Origin: Schmidtea polychroa
Lineage: Eukaryota
NCBI GenBank assembly: GCA_044892525.1
Contig: CM097885.1
Location: forward strand, 81,840,001-81,904,000
Reading direction: 5' to 3'
Length of the DNA: 64,000 bases
In this document: piece by piece, positions 33,613-46,457 of the stretch
Layout: the number at the start of each line of letters is the position of its first letter
Numbering within the stretch: position 1 is the stretch's first letter
Program-made: the position numbers and the translations under genes
The notes under the pieces: model-generated
Database searches by the model: none
What the model was told of the DNA's origin: nothing
What the model saw: the letters and a program-made list of their open reading frames with translations, nothing else

Positions 33613-35262
33613 CTATCCAGTTATGAAGTAGTGGTTAAGAACATCATCTGAAATATAAAAGAAAATTTTTAAATTCATACAAAGTTTTGTTATTTAGTTA
33701 ATTGTTATTTATTTTAAACTATTCTTGAAAAAATCAACGTACATGCGTCGAATCTCTCGTCTCGATCCTCCTCAAGCATGCCATCAAGAAGGTCATGCAA
33801 ATCGGTTGATACGTCGTAATCACTGAAGGAAAGTTACATGAAAGCATTTCATATATATATTATTTTAATTTACTCAAGTTTGTTTATATTTTTTGTAATC
33901 ATAAAACAGACTGTGCGTCCCAAACTCCAAACATCAGAATTGAAATTAGCTTCACCATAATCATATATTTCTGGGGCCTAGATAATTTTGATTATTCCAA
34001 TATAGACGAATAATAATTTAACAAAATACAGTATAAACTGGTGATGCTTGGATGCTCATTCTATCGGTGCCTTCAATCATCTTTGATATACCNNNNNNNN
34101 NNNNNNNNNNNNNNNNNNNNNNNNNNNNNNNNNNNNNNNNNNNNNNNNNNNNNNNNNNNNNNNNNNNNNNNNNNNNNNNNNNNNNNNNNNNNNNNNNNNN
34201 NNNNNNNNNNNNNNNNNNNNNNNNNNNNNNNNNNNNNNNNNNNNNNNNNNNNNNNNNNNNNNNNNNNNNNNNNNNNNNNNNNNNNNNNNNNNNNNNNNNN
34301 NNNNNNNNNNNNNNNNNNNNNNNNNNTAATGGTGGAAAGAGACTTACTCAGTATCAATTTAACAGATTTTCATACAAAAAGCATTTGAAAAAGGCAGTAC
34401 TTAGAGTTTGTGTTACATTGTAATTAATTGTAATTAAAATTAATATAATCTAAAAAATAAAAGATTCAAGGTCAACAAAAAAAGAATTTTACAGAAATAA
34501 AAACCGAAATTGCAAATTTCAAACTCTCAACCAATCAGAATTCAGCAAATATTTGTAATAAACTACTTACATATTTTATAAACCAATTTCCTCGATTTGT
34601 GCGTATAAAGGATATTTGCAGGTTTGATATCTCTGTGCAAGATGTCGAGACTGTGAATGTATCGCAATCCATTGGCTGGAATCCTTTTCATTCAATAATA
34701 TTACAAAAACAACAGTAACTAACCAGTTTGTCGAATAAAATTCCTAATTTCAGGCTCGGAAAATTCTCTGCCTAAATAAAATTAAACAATTGACTTTTTA
34801 ATAAATTTGTTTCCATACCGATATTTTGAATCCGGCTTTCCATATCTCCCTCGCAAAGCTCCATAATTACATGTACATGTCCATAAATTGGCTGTAAACA
34901 AGGAAATTCAAATCTCATATTCATGAAAAAAGAAAATTTTTTATTGAATAAATATTACTTACAAAATAATCCAATAGACGTACAATATTTCTGCAATTCA
35001 ATCCCTGAATCATATATAATTCACAATAATAAAACAAGAATATCTCTTACCACAAGATTTTCGATTTCTCTTCTTTGATATTGAGACAAATGATAGTTGT
35101 AAATAACTTTCACAGCAACTTCTGTTCCATCCTGAAATTTTTTTAAATTTTCATATTTCTCAAGGATCATACTTCGACATTCACACCCTGGTAGACGGTT
35201 CCAAATCCTCCTTTTCCAAGAAAATTTTTTTTTTTAAAAAAGTATTTTCCGATATTAGTCAT
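33613..35262 (-). CDS. Ser/Thr protein kinase, ULK/Atg1-like, kinase domain only; 10 exons, one exon start in the N-gap
   Basis: Exons 35262-35173, 35131-35051, 35004-34963, 34891-34819, 34771-34724, 34675 to about 34571, gap to 34030, 33977-33874, 33822-33743, 33647-33613; GT-AG introns mostly 41-52 bp with consistent phases. Motifs LGKGGFGTVYQG, VAVK, REIENL, IMELCEG, LHRDIKPANIL, VYKI, GISK, APE, DVWSLG, ERFDAYDVLNH; the DF of DFG falls in the gap. Confidence 0.88.
34093..34326. other. Assembly gap
   Basis: Run of N. Confidence 1.
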
Positions 35263-35585
35263 TGATTTCTAATAAACAATTAATGACTTTTTTTGTTCAA
35301 TAATTGATATAAATGCATAAAATGGAATTCCAAATTAAACTTAGGATTTGATTGGTTGCGTCACTGGCGCGTGTTACTATTTATAGATTTTTAGAAATTC
35401 TTGGAAAACCAGACTACATTGTTTATTAATATTTTGCTGAACTTTTTATTAATTTTTTTTATTAATAATAATTTTTTTATTAATAACATCGTAAAATATT
35501 GCAATTGCATGCAAAACATTAATATAACAAAATACATATAAACAAATGTTGGGGTTTATTTTTTAATTGTTTTTTTAATTAAATT

Positions 35586-36900
35586 TTAAAGATTTTTTTC
35601 GGCCTCATCTAGAATACTGTAGCATTTTATAGCCTTTGCTAGATTTATAATCTCTTCCAACACGCGGTCAGAAATGAGATTTATCAATTCATTTTGACTT
35701 TCAGGTTCAGGATAATGGGCAACAGTCTCATCATTCTGAATGCATCGTAAATGTTCTGCCATTATGGGATCGAAACTTGTAAGTAATTGCACTTAACCAA
35801 GAAAATTTCTATGAACGTAGAGCCCATAGGAATTCCCACAAAAGGCAATATTCCTCTCTGCTAAAAACTTTACAACTGCTATGATGCGTTCTAACTAAGG
35901 CTGTCAACGGTTACCCGGTTTTACGGTTAACCGACCGTCGGATCTTACCCGGGTATCTAAATCAGAAATTGATTACCCGTTCGTTGCGTTTATAATAAAA
36001 ATTCGAAATAAAAAACATTTTATTTAAAACAGTGAAAATAGTAGCCAAAATGGCAAAAATCAGCAATTATCCAAAGAAACAAAGTTTATTAGATTAGTGC
36101 ATCAGTTGTTGGCTACTGCCGTTCTACGCTATACACGCTGATCGCTTGATGTTATCTACGTCTTCTTGCAATAATAAAGTACATTATGTTACAGGTTAGT
36201 ACTTTTTCATATCAAGATTGTGGCGTGAACGGGTATTTGATTACCCGCCTGTCGAGCGGATTGGTAACCAAGCGCACGTTTTCCAACTTTTTGCCAACCT
36301 TAGTTCTAACACGGCACGGTAATGAGCTCTGTAATTTTCCACTAGAGCTAGCGTCTGCCTGTCAAGAGTCGAACAGGTTTTAAGGCGTAATTCAAGCTCC
36401 TTCCAGTTCCTGATGCGCTGCTTGTGGTCCATTGACTTCTCATGCTACTCCAAGAACTTACTCAAGTATTTCCTATTGCAGAAACCTTGATTCATTAGTT
36501 TCATTTTCATCTTACCAAACAACTTACAGTAGAAACGATATACGGCATCCTGCGGTTTGGAATACACAAGCCACGTTCGTATTATCGTTTCTTCATTTGG
36601 CAGCGACTTAGAATAGAAGTCCGGATTGAATCTGCAGTTTTCTTTTGATGTGGGTTCGTTTTTGTAAATTTGTAATGTTTTACCTGTACAGCTTCAAGTT
36701 TCACAAAGTAAATACGCAAAGCATCTGATATATTTTCTGGACAAGATATAGGGTCAGTATCGGGAGCAGTAAATTCTAGTGGCACGGCTTGTGATCCTTG
36801 GGGTATATTTTCAGCCGTGGGTATAGCTTGCTCACAACAATCAAAGACACCATCTGAGCCATGCGCATTCTTTTTTGTTTTGGAAAACGTAGTGACTACC
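35586..36900 (-). mobile_element. Degenerate hAT (ZMYM1-like) transposase remnant
   Basis: WKELELRLK, RAVLE|RIIAVVKFLAERNIAF, NFLG...LLTSFDPIMAEHL, QNELINLI, YSILDE fragments. Confidence 0.75.
35896..36302. mobile_element. hAT-type MITE inserted in the hAT transposase
   Basis: TIRs TAAGGCTGTCAA / TTGCCAACCTTA; perfect 8-bp TSD GTTCTAAC at 35888-35895 and 36303-36310. Confidence 0.88.
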
Positions 36901-37345
36901 TGTTGCAGGGTTTCTTTGCATCCACTTACTTCTTGTTGCGTGCTACTTCCGTCAGTATCACGGTTTCCTTGAGTGTTATCTGTGGCCGGTTATTATTATT
37001 AACATGTGTTATTATCGTGAGAGAATTATGTATTTGTATTGAATAAATATGATATCAAAATAAAAGTCTGTCATTTTGATTATATTCTTTTACTTTCTAT
37101 TTAATTTTGAAAAGCCGTTTTATGCTTATCATTAGATATTTTTCTGAATGAAAATTTATTAATTTACTTTTTAATTTATTTTGGTGTATTTTATTTATAA
37201 TATTATTTTAAAATTAAAAACTTTGGAAATTCAAATCATGTTAGATGTTCAGGAAGATTTGGACAATGATTATTTTTTATTCTAGGGTACGCGTAGGGTA
37301 GACATGATGTGCCAGTGTGATATACATTATTTTGCCCTCCAAAAT

Positions 37346-37434
37346 TAGGGTTGTCAGGTGAAACCTTAAAGATACCGGACAAATAGTTGAGTTAACGGAC
37401 TGTCCGGTTCTAAACCGGATACCTGGCAACCCTA
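37346..37434. mobile_element. 89-bp hAT-type MITE
   Basis: TIRs TAGGGTTGTCAGGT / ACCTGGCAACCCTA; perfect 8-bp TSD TCCAAAAT. Confidence 0.9.
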
Positions 37435-38964
37435 TCCAAAATATAAATTTTCAATATATCCTTGTCATTGAAATAAAATAAATATTTTTAGTCATTTTTA
37501 TTGCCGAATCAATTTGTCTTATTATAAGATATTTTCAGTCTTTAGTTATTGTAAAATATAAAATTGGATAATTTTTATATGAAAATGATTTTAGCGCATG
37601 CACAGAAACAAAAGGAACCGATAATACCAACAAAAATATTTTAATTTCGCCAAAAAAGCCCATATAAGATCGACGCAACTAATTTTTGGGCTGCGGTTTT
37701 AAAAAAATAAATAAGCATCCCTTCAACGAGGGGGCAGGAAGGTGCATGACCCAGTCTTAATTCTTCTATGATTACTTATTTTAGATATTTATGTATCAAT
37801 AATATTTATTATTTTGGATAGCCTTTGACCTTTTTGTAAATGAATCTTTTGCATAAATGAAGAAATCATAACAGCATCTCCACAGTATCGTTTTTGCTAC
37901 TCGAAAAATAATTTATCCAATATTTTCTACAGTAACAATACAACTGAGCATTGTGTAATTTATACAAGATGTTTGGAAATTTATTAAAATTAATTAATAT
38001 TTAAATTAAGACGTATAAGAAGTCGCCAGGATAAAAAAATGTTTGAATAATCTTTCAGATAGTACTTCGCATCATTATACTCTTGTCCAAATATAAAGGT
38101 GGCAAACATATCTATCAGTTACCAATTAAATCAATTACCGTGAAAAATAATTTCGAGTGAACGCACAGCACAAAATGGACTTCCAGTTAATTATTTGTCA
38201 ATTGAAATCTGAAACAAATGTTGAAATTTTTCATTTCAAATACTTTTTTTTCTGGATTGACATAAGATTCACTTATCATATTGTGCATAGCATTAATTAT
38301 GAAATATAAAAATTAAGATGGTGACAAACGTCCACCAGAGCTACTAATATAAATGAAGATGTTGAAATTGTAACATATGTGGCTTGTATAATGAATACTT
38401 TAATTTGGGTCTTCGTGAAATGGTAGTATTGCTAGTTGATATGACATTTCTGAGTTTTTATCATAATTTGTATTTTGCTCTTAAATTAAATTTGACATTG
38501 AATGATAAAAATAAGAATAATTTCATCATGAATAAAATTAGGCGTGGATTTAAATGATTTCATTTCTCATTATTTAATTTTCACATAACCTTTGAATTTA
38601 TTACTTGATATATTTAAACACTTGAATATTAAAATTATTTATTATTCTAAAACCCTAATTTATATGATTTGAATTTGAATTTTCCTCATAAATATTAAAT
38701 ATTAATTAAGTTAAAGATTTTGAATATTCATCTAACTTTTATTTTATGTAGATTTAAAAAGCATTTCATATTATCCTTCTTGGATTTCGATATGAACAAT
38801 AAAAATTCGTTTTTTAAAATAATATCTTAAAATTTTCATGTCTTTGTTTATATACTCTTTTAAAAAGACATCTTTCATATTTGTTTTATTTAATATATTA
38901 TGTTAGCAAAAGTATAAAGATTTTTCATAAACATTTAAGCTTAAGATTTATTTCTAAATAACAG

Positions 38965-39213
38965 ATGGATAATAGTAGTAAAGCATATTATAATAATGAG
39001 AACATCAGAGTATGTATTTTATATCACAATTAAACTAATCACTGCATTCATTTTTAGCCTATGCAAAGAAACTTACAAAACCTTAATTCTTGCTCAACGT
39101 CAGATCAATCATGGCCATTGGAAACTTTTATAAATCCAACTCCATTTTCACAATTGACTAACAAAATTGCAATGAATAGCCAGACACAAATATCAAATGT
39201 TCAGAATATAAAG
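38965..39213 (+). CDS. Two putative exons of an unidentified host gene
   Basis: 38965-39009 and 39058-39213 join in frame through a 48-bp GTATGT...TTTTAG intron; next donor is AAG|GTATGT; no recognisable domain. Confidence 0.4.
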
Positions 39214-39878
39214 GTATGTTCTTATTATTAAAATTGGGAATCATAATCTCTGCGCACCTTTCACTATAGTAAGGATTAAGTTACGTAAAATTTTATTGTG
39301 CAATGTCAACATAAGATAATATGTGTGTTTAATTATGAGAAATTATATAATTAAATGGGAGTTAAATATTATTTTAATTATATATTAAATATTTCGCATA
39401 ATAAATAATTGAAATATCTTTTATTATGCTTCCATATTTTGAATAAAGACATCCAACTCGTGATAAACAAAGAAAAAAACAAAGAATTTACATTTAGTAG
39501 CAGCCAATTAAATTATGTTTCTATTTATAGAAAAAAGTAAAATTTTGGCTTTTAATATTGCAATGATATTTTAAATGGAATTAAAATTTCATATTTAACT
39601 ATTTGTCTTTTGATATATTTATATTTATTAAGTTATTTGATTATTTTAAATCTCTCGAATAGTTTTTTGTCTAACTGCTTTTTGATTGGCTGAAATGTTT
39701 ATTGCTATAAATGAAAATATAGATTCTTTAAAGCTGTCAATTTATATGAATTATTTTAGAAAATATTTAATGCAAATTTTATATATATTGCTATTTAATT
39801 TATTTTGGCTTTCTGTTAAGTTGGATATTTGTTGTTTCGAGAAATACACAAACTTCATTTTTACAGTATTGATATATA

Positions 39879-40094
39879 CCGTATTTTAGCGCATATAACG
39901 CGCACGTTATACGCATTTTTACAAACCGCGCACCCCCCATGCGCGGTATCTGTGGGTGCGCGCTTTATGATTTATATTTTACACGTGGCGGCATTGCCAG
40001 TGGAAATATTTTTATGATGTGAAAGTAACCCTACCATCGGTTTTATTGTTTATTGTAATCAGATACCGTGCGCGTTATATGCGCTAAAATACGG
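39879..40094. mobile_element. pogo/Tigger-type MITE
   Basis: Perfect 28-bp TIRs CCGTATTTTAGCGCATATAACGCGCACG with TA flanks. Confidence 0.9.
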
Positions 40095-41585
40095 TAGTCT
40101 AAATTCTTTAACATATTCTCTACGATTCCAGTCACCAATTGCTTGAATATTGTCATCAGAATAAGCAATAATTGACAATCTTTCACCGATTCCAGAGCCC
40201 GGTGAATGTCTTTAGGTCTTTCTAAGCTTTGAAACCACTCAGAATATCTTTTCATCAATCCTATTGTGTGAACCGCCTGTTTGTTTCATATCATGAGAGG
40301 GTAATATTTTTGGGCTGAATATCATTTACCTGGTTCTCTGAAACGTGTCAAAAACAATCTTCGATGGAAAAGGATCGATTTCAGTACATTATTTTCAGGC
40401 ACTTTTCTTTTCAACTCTTGATTTTCCCCCGTTTAACTCTCTGTCCAGCCCATTTTTTCTTCTTAAGCTTTCTATCAAGTCATATAATACACCCTCGCCT
40501 TCCTGACACTCATTGAACGAATAAGAATACGTAACCTCCATGATTATAATGATCGACATCATTGTTATCATTAACGCATTAAATTGGGCAACATAACTCT
40601 TTTTGAGTACCCGCCTGTCTTTTTCATTTCTTAAATTCTTCTAACTGTTTAATTACTCTTCATCATTCGGATAAGAATTCTTGCATTCTTCCAATGTAAG
40701 AAAAACTTTTTAAACGTTGTTTCCCCTACCTCATGCATGGTTATCCTTGTGCGCATAGAAATAAACTCTCAATACATTATGGATTTAGAGTAATTTGCAA
40801 TCAATGAACTTTATTCTCCGCTCCCACCAAATAATATTTAACTGCTTTGTTATCATACTGTGAACGATGAAAAAGCTTGCTATGAGTTATTGCATAATTA
40901 CGCCACGCCAAAAATGACCATTTTGGACCCAATCACCAACCCTGTCAATGTTTGGTCACATTTCTGTTGATCCACTGACCTACAGTCACCGTAGTGACGT
41001 CATTTTATAGTTCACGAAATGACGGTAGCCTAGTGGTACCATACGATCCTCTAGACTGCTTAGGAGCTTGCTGTAGCAGCAATAATTGTTAGTCATCGTT
41101 GTCTAGTCAAAGTACCAGCGTCACTGTAGCATAGTAGCAGAGGAAGATTGTCGCAATAATAATTCTTGTGGTCCATAAAATACAACTAGCGTGACGTCAC
41201 ATTCAGCTCAACTCATCCACCCACCCACGTCACGTTTTCAAGGAATACGAGCGTGACGTAATTAATTATGCAATGACTCCCTACGATTTCAATGAAAAAA
41301 ATTCAAGAACATTAAGCATGCTTTAAATATTAATTTAGAATACTTATAAGGTTAAAAATTCCTTAGACTAGAATAGAAATAATAAAGTTAATGGCACGAA
41401 ATTCTTTATTATCAACAAGATAGATATGTAGGATTTATTTATGAACACAACTTCCATTAACATCGTGCACTATCATTGATTTTTGTCCCTTCTCTGCAAG
41501 AAATTTCGGATCTATTTACCCCTATTTTTTAAAAAAATAATTAAAAATTATAAATAAATAAAAAATAGTATTAAAATAAAGAATA

Positions 41586-42400
41586 TTATCGAATTAAATT
41601 TATTAAATGATCAAAGTCTCTGTTCACAAGATTATCATTCCACGTATAATTATTTAAATGCTGTTCCAGTGGATACATGCTAAAACTCATCATTCTTCGT
41701 ATTTGTGGTTTGAGTTTATTCCACAATGATTCGATTGTCTGAGTATTAACTCCCTTAACAGGGTTTACAAATTTTATGCTGTGGTTTACTGTTTGATGTC
41801 CATATTCTTCATTCGATAATTGATTGTAATCTCGCCATTCATCACTCCAAATCCTAGAATCAGGACGACAAACACTTATTATAATAGAAAGCAATACACT
41901 TGCTGATCTGTTTTCCACCTAACATACGTAATATATTTTGCAGGCATGAAAGATTTATCGGCTACACTAAACACCCTTCCTTTCGAAAGTGAAAACCGAC
42001 ATCTTTGGTACTTTTGTTTATACTTAAACATTGATTCTTCGATTTGACACACGATGCCATTGCCGCAAAGTCTTTTGGGATTCTCTGTAAAATATGAGTG
42101 TACTTTATCCGCCAAAGTAGTATGCACTTTTAAGATAGTTGTTTTTGAGACGTTGTAATCTCTTTCAGTGGTGAAAAGTAGTGTTTCGAATAACCATTTA
42201 TATCACACTATAAGCAGTACCGCCAGGACTGAATTAAAATCTTCAAAAAACGATACTTTTCTTATGAGCACATACTAGTTCTTATTATTACAACCAGATT
42301 TATAACACCATCCCGATGTCTTTTGTACTTCACGCTTTTTAGAATAGTCATACATTCTTCACAGTGTACGATGTTTCTTAAGATTCCTCTAAACCTGTAG
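41586..42400 (-). mobile_element. Merlin/ISXO2 (IS1595-like) transposase pseudogene
   Basis: GNGIVCQIEESMF, IWSDEWRDY, HQTVNHS..FV.P..GVNTQTIESLWNKLK motifs; frameshifted. Confidence 0.85.
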
Positions 42401-42849
42401 AATTCAACTACTGCTGAAAGTATGATCATTTTAAGCATTTAATTGATTTCCGACAATGATGACAAATACCGCTAATTTCCTTAGTAACTTCATCTTCAAT
42501 TTTTGTCGCATAATCCCAAATCATGCCTGAGAAAATAAATTAAATAAGAATGCTACACAAAGTAACAACTTAATTCTCAATTACTTACTTGCTTAATCTA
42601 GTATTTTATGCATAAATTAAATATAAATAGCTATCACAAATATTTTTCGATCAGAACAAAATCAAAACATTGAAAAACTCAAATTTATCAAAAATATCAG
42701 TCAAATCAAATTCCATTATATTTCAAATTTGTAATTTATGTAACTAATTACATATTTTTACTTCTGATTTTCCATAATGGGCAAAAAACGGAAAACGGCA
42801 TCCAAAAACGGACGTTTTCCCGTTTTCGTTAACGGTTTCAGAAACCCTA

Positions 42850-43780
42850 GCCAAAGTAGTATGCACTTTTAAGATAGTTGTTTTTGAGACGTTGTAATCT
42901 CATTCAGTGGTGAAAAGTGGTGTTTCGAATAACCATTTATAGCATACTATAAGCAGTACCGCCAGGTCTGAATTAAAATCTTCAAAAACGATCCTTTTCT
43001 TATGATTCTAGTTCTTATTATTACAACCAGATTTATAACACCATCCCGATGTCTTTTGTACTTCACGCTTTTTAGAATAGTCATTCACTCAGCGGCGGAA
43101 TTAAGAATGTGCAGCCCCTAGGCACTTTATAATAATTTTAGTGTAATTTATTTAAATAAAAAGAACATTGTATTATTTAATGATTTTAATTTATTTATAT
43201 TTTCTTTCTAATTTTTTGATTTACAGATGTATTAATTATCTCTTCAAACTCAATTTTCTCTAAAACATCGTGTTCGATGTGCATAATCGAAATGTCATTT
43301 AATTCTGTTTCTTTCATTTGTGAACGAAGATAGCTTTTTATTCTTTTTAAACAAGAAAAGGATCTTTCAGGAGAACAATTTGTTACTGCTAGTGACAGAT
43401 AAATTCTGAAGATGATTTCCAAATTTCGAAAAACATATTTTTTATAAATAAAAAATTGTACTGATTTGGAGATGCTTCTTTCATATTCAGATATATCACT
43501 TTTCTGTAAAAGCTGTTTAAAATGAATAATTGACATTATATAAACATTTTCTATACATTCATTTTTAAAATATTCAATCCTAGAGAAACGAAAAATTATT
43601 TTTTTAAAAATTTGAATTTTATTTATCGGTTACATGCTAATTTTTTGCAACCCTAGGCATGTGCCTATTTGTAAATCCAGGCTGCATACATTCCTTTAAT
43701 CCTGCAGAATTCAACTGCTGCTGATGTTGTGTCATTCAATAGAGATAAAAGTTCATTAGAAAAATCGACTGGCATTTTTT
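42850..43780 (-). repeat. Duplicate of the Merlin 5' segment, interrupted by a hAT
   Basis: 42850-43089 is nearly identical to about 42111-42350 and resumes after 43684. Confidence 0.75.
43090..43684 (-). mobile_element. Non-autonomous hAT carrying the C-terminal dimerization domain
   Basis: ORF 43195-43536 LAVTNCSPERSFSCLKRIKSYLRSQM; ends CAGCGGCGGAAT / AATCCAGGCTG; flanks CATTCACT / CATACATT (6/8 match). Confidence 0.75.
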
Positions 43781-44276
43781 GAAATTTATATTTTATTTAA
43801 AATTAAATAAATATTTTTAATGAGTAGATCCGAAATTTCTCTTAATTTTCCTTCAAATCATGCTTTAATGCAAATATTTTACCTTTCAAATCTTTCTTCA
43901 GATGATTGAACAACTAAAACTCACTATGTGCAAGATCTGGGTTGTATAGTGAATGGCCCAACTGCACAAACTCACATTTTGCTACTTTTTTCTTTGTTCG
44001 ATAAGAGACATGAATTGCGTCGTATGACTCTGACTTTATTGATCAATGTGATGTAGTATTCTGAGTTGATGTTGCTGTTGGAAAAATGTACCTTCACGGG
44101 CCATTAACTTTCAAATATACACTCAACATCTGATGTGACATCTCCCAGATAATACCCCATATATAGGATTCTAGTCTATATTCACCAGAAAGCTTGGTTA
44201 AATGCGATCCAATAGGAAAAGATTATTTTCACAGGCAACTTTTCAACTATCCATCATCTCTGTCATTAAATACTAT

Positions 44277-44712
44277 TGTGATGTGATAGTTATGTTAGTG
44301 GTTGATTGTTGCGGGAGAGTTTGTAGAGCCTAGCAGAGTCACCTTTAGAATCTGTGTTTGGACTGCTGGGTGTATGTGTGTTCAAATTGTGTGCGGTGAG
44401 TGTAAATTTTATGTTTTATTATTAACTATAAAAATAATTATTAATTTAATAAATAATTATTAAATAATTAGAAATTAAATAATTATTACTTTATTATAAA
44501 TCACAAAAAATAAAAATCTTTAAATTGGGATGTTCATCAATTTCCATAGTTTTTTATCCTTTCTTAGTAACCTCTATAATCTTTTCAATTTTTCGATTTT
44601 ATTTTTAATTTTTTAATAATAATAATAAACATGCAACAATAAATTTATTTTCTTAAAAGTAAAAATAAGAATCACGCACAACAAAAATACCATGGAACGA
44701 ACCTGCTACACA
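44277..44712. mobile_element. LTR-family remnant
   Basis: GTTTGTAGAGCCTAGCAGAGTCACC...GGACTGCTGGGTGTATGTGTG family core; boundaries approximate. Confidence 0.4.
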
Positions 44713-45179
44713 ATTTCCTGATTCATGAGCTGCATTACTCAATGATCTGCTAAGTTTCTGATCATTGATCTATTAGTTTATTTCCTAGATAAAAATAACT
44801 ATTTTGAATTATTTTTATTTTAATTGTAACTTCATGGTTCATAGTGAGATGTGAGTATATCAGGTATAAGTTAACTACCCCTAAAAATAACTGGTCAATG
44901 TAATTCAACAGCTACCATGGCAAAAGTTATGCACTCAAATAAGATGAAATAAAATAGGGCATATAAAAAAATTTAGTAGATCATTTGACTTGATTTAAAT
45001 TTATACATTTCAGGAAATATGAATGTAGATTTGAAGATTTACTAATTTATTTTTCAAATACGTTTTTAATTTTTGGCATTTTTCACAACATTTAACATTT
45101 TCGTTAATTTCTTTAGTTTGCAGTTTCATTCCCCTAATTCACAGGATTTTTAAAAACTTCCTTTAATATCGACCTGTAT

Positions 45180-45320
45180 AACTTCTGTTATTTCGAACTT
45201 CTTTCGTTGAATTCGCAAATCACTTCCATTATTTTAAAATTTCCCTTGTATTCTTCAATAAGATCTTTCTTCATTCATGATTTCCTGGGGGTTTAATAAA
45301 ATTCGCCATCGTGATCATCA
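45180..45320 (-). pseudogene. gag N-terminal remnant related to element B
   Basis: MANFIKPPG versus element B MATTIANFIKPPE. Confidence 0.4.
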
Positions 45321-45429
45321 TCTATAATTATATCAATTATTAACAGCTAGGTTGTAATATTTGTTCAATAAGTTCTCGTTTTTTTGCATCTATTTTACGT
45401 GAGATTTATTTCAAATGTTAAATAATGCA

Positions 45430-45944
45430 TGTTATGTATGATCTTATTTATAGTAGATAGAGATTATGATTGCTGGTTTAGAAATTTGTTGAACCCACCC
45501 AAGTCACCTGTAAAAAATACTGTCTCGGGACAGTTGGGGTGCTTGTGTATAATAATAAAAATGATAAAAATAACTATTTAATAAAATTACAAATTTTATT
45601 AACTAATACTTTGTAAAATTGTCCGGAAGCAAAGATTTAGGCCGTTATTTGTAATGGAATAATAACTATATTTTATAGGATGATTTACAGAGAATAACTT
45701 CGGATGATTTCGTTTCGTCTCACACTTTTGAATAATCACTTTGTTTCTTAATATTTAGTTTGAATTCCAATTTTAACTTCAGTTTTGTGTAGCTACTTAA
45801 CAATTCTTTTACTTATCGACTTTTATTTTTCAATTTTACTATAGCGTACTATATAGTTTTTTTTTATTTTCTTTTACGCAGTAACAAAACTAGCAATCTA
45901 CTATAAATCCTAATTACAAATAAAAAATATAACACTACACTACA
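45430..45944. mobile_element. Solo LTR, 515 bp
   Basis: Starts TGTTATG, ends CTACA; perfect 5-bp TSD ATGCA at 45425-45429 and 45945-45949. Confidence 0.85.
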
Positions 45945-46190
45945 ATGCATAAATAATGAATTCAACATATATCAATAATCAATAATATAAATTCATACAA
46001 TCATTTATTGAATTATTAATTAATTATAATCAAATTTGGAAATAGTCGATAAATGCTGAAGAATTACTTCATAATCCCAATAAGTACGCATTTTAACAGT
46101 AATAATTTTGCTCACAAATATTTTATCCACGGAGCATTGAAAAATCCATATAAATAAAAAACCTTAACCACGAGCAATAATATATTTAAC

Positions 46191-46457
46191 CAGAAACCCA
46201 AAACGAAGCTGGACAAAGAAAATAGTCCTCCTCCTCATTGTTATCGCGCAATTTGTCCAAAATGCCTGTCAATAAATTGGGCATTGATCAGACCAGTTCA
46301 TCAGAATGAGTCGCCGAAAAAGTTGATTTGTCGAAATTGTGAAGCAGATTTCTGTGAAAAATGTCGATGCAGTCCGTTTCATCGACGCACTGAATCTTGT
46401 CCGTCTAGATTTGACCGTGTTAGTTTCAGTGGGAAATTACTCAAAAAGATGCGATAA
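46191..46457 (+). CDS. IBR-like zinc finger (RBR E3 ligase-type) exon or fragment, not in the ORF track
   Basis: Open frame ICPKC...LICRNCEADFCEKCRCSPFHRRTESC gives C-x2-C...C-x2-C-x4-C-x2-C-x5-H-x5-C; preceded by a possible AG acceptor. Confidence 0.55.
   Translation, partial: QKPKTKLDKENSPPPHCYRAICPKCLSINWALIRPVHQNESPKKLICRNCEADFCEKCRCSPFHRRTESCPSRFDRVSFSGKLLKKMR

Noticed and set aside
34041-34423. ORFs spanning the N-gap
   Set aside because: Artefacts of the assembly gap; the real coding sequence is the spliced minus-strand kinase
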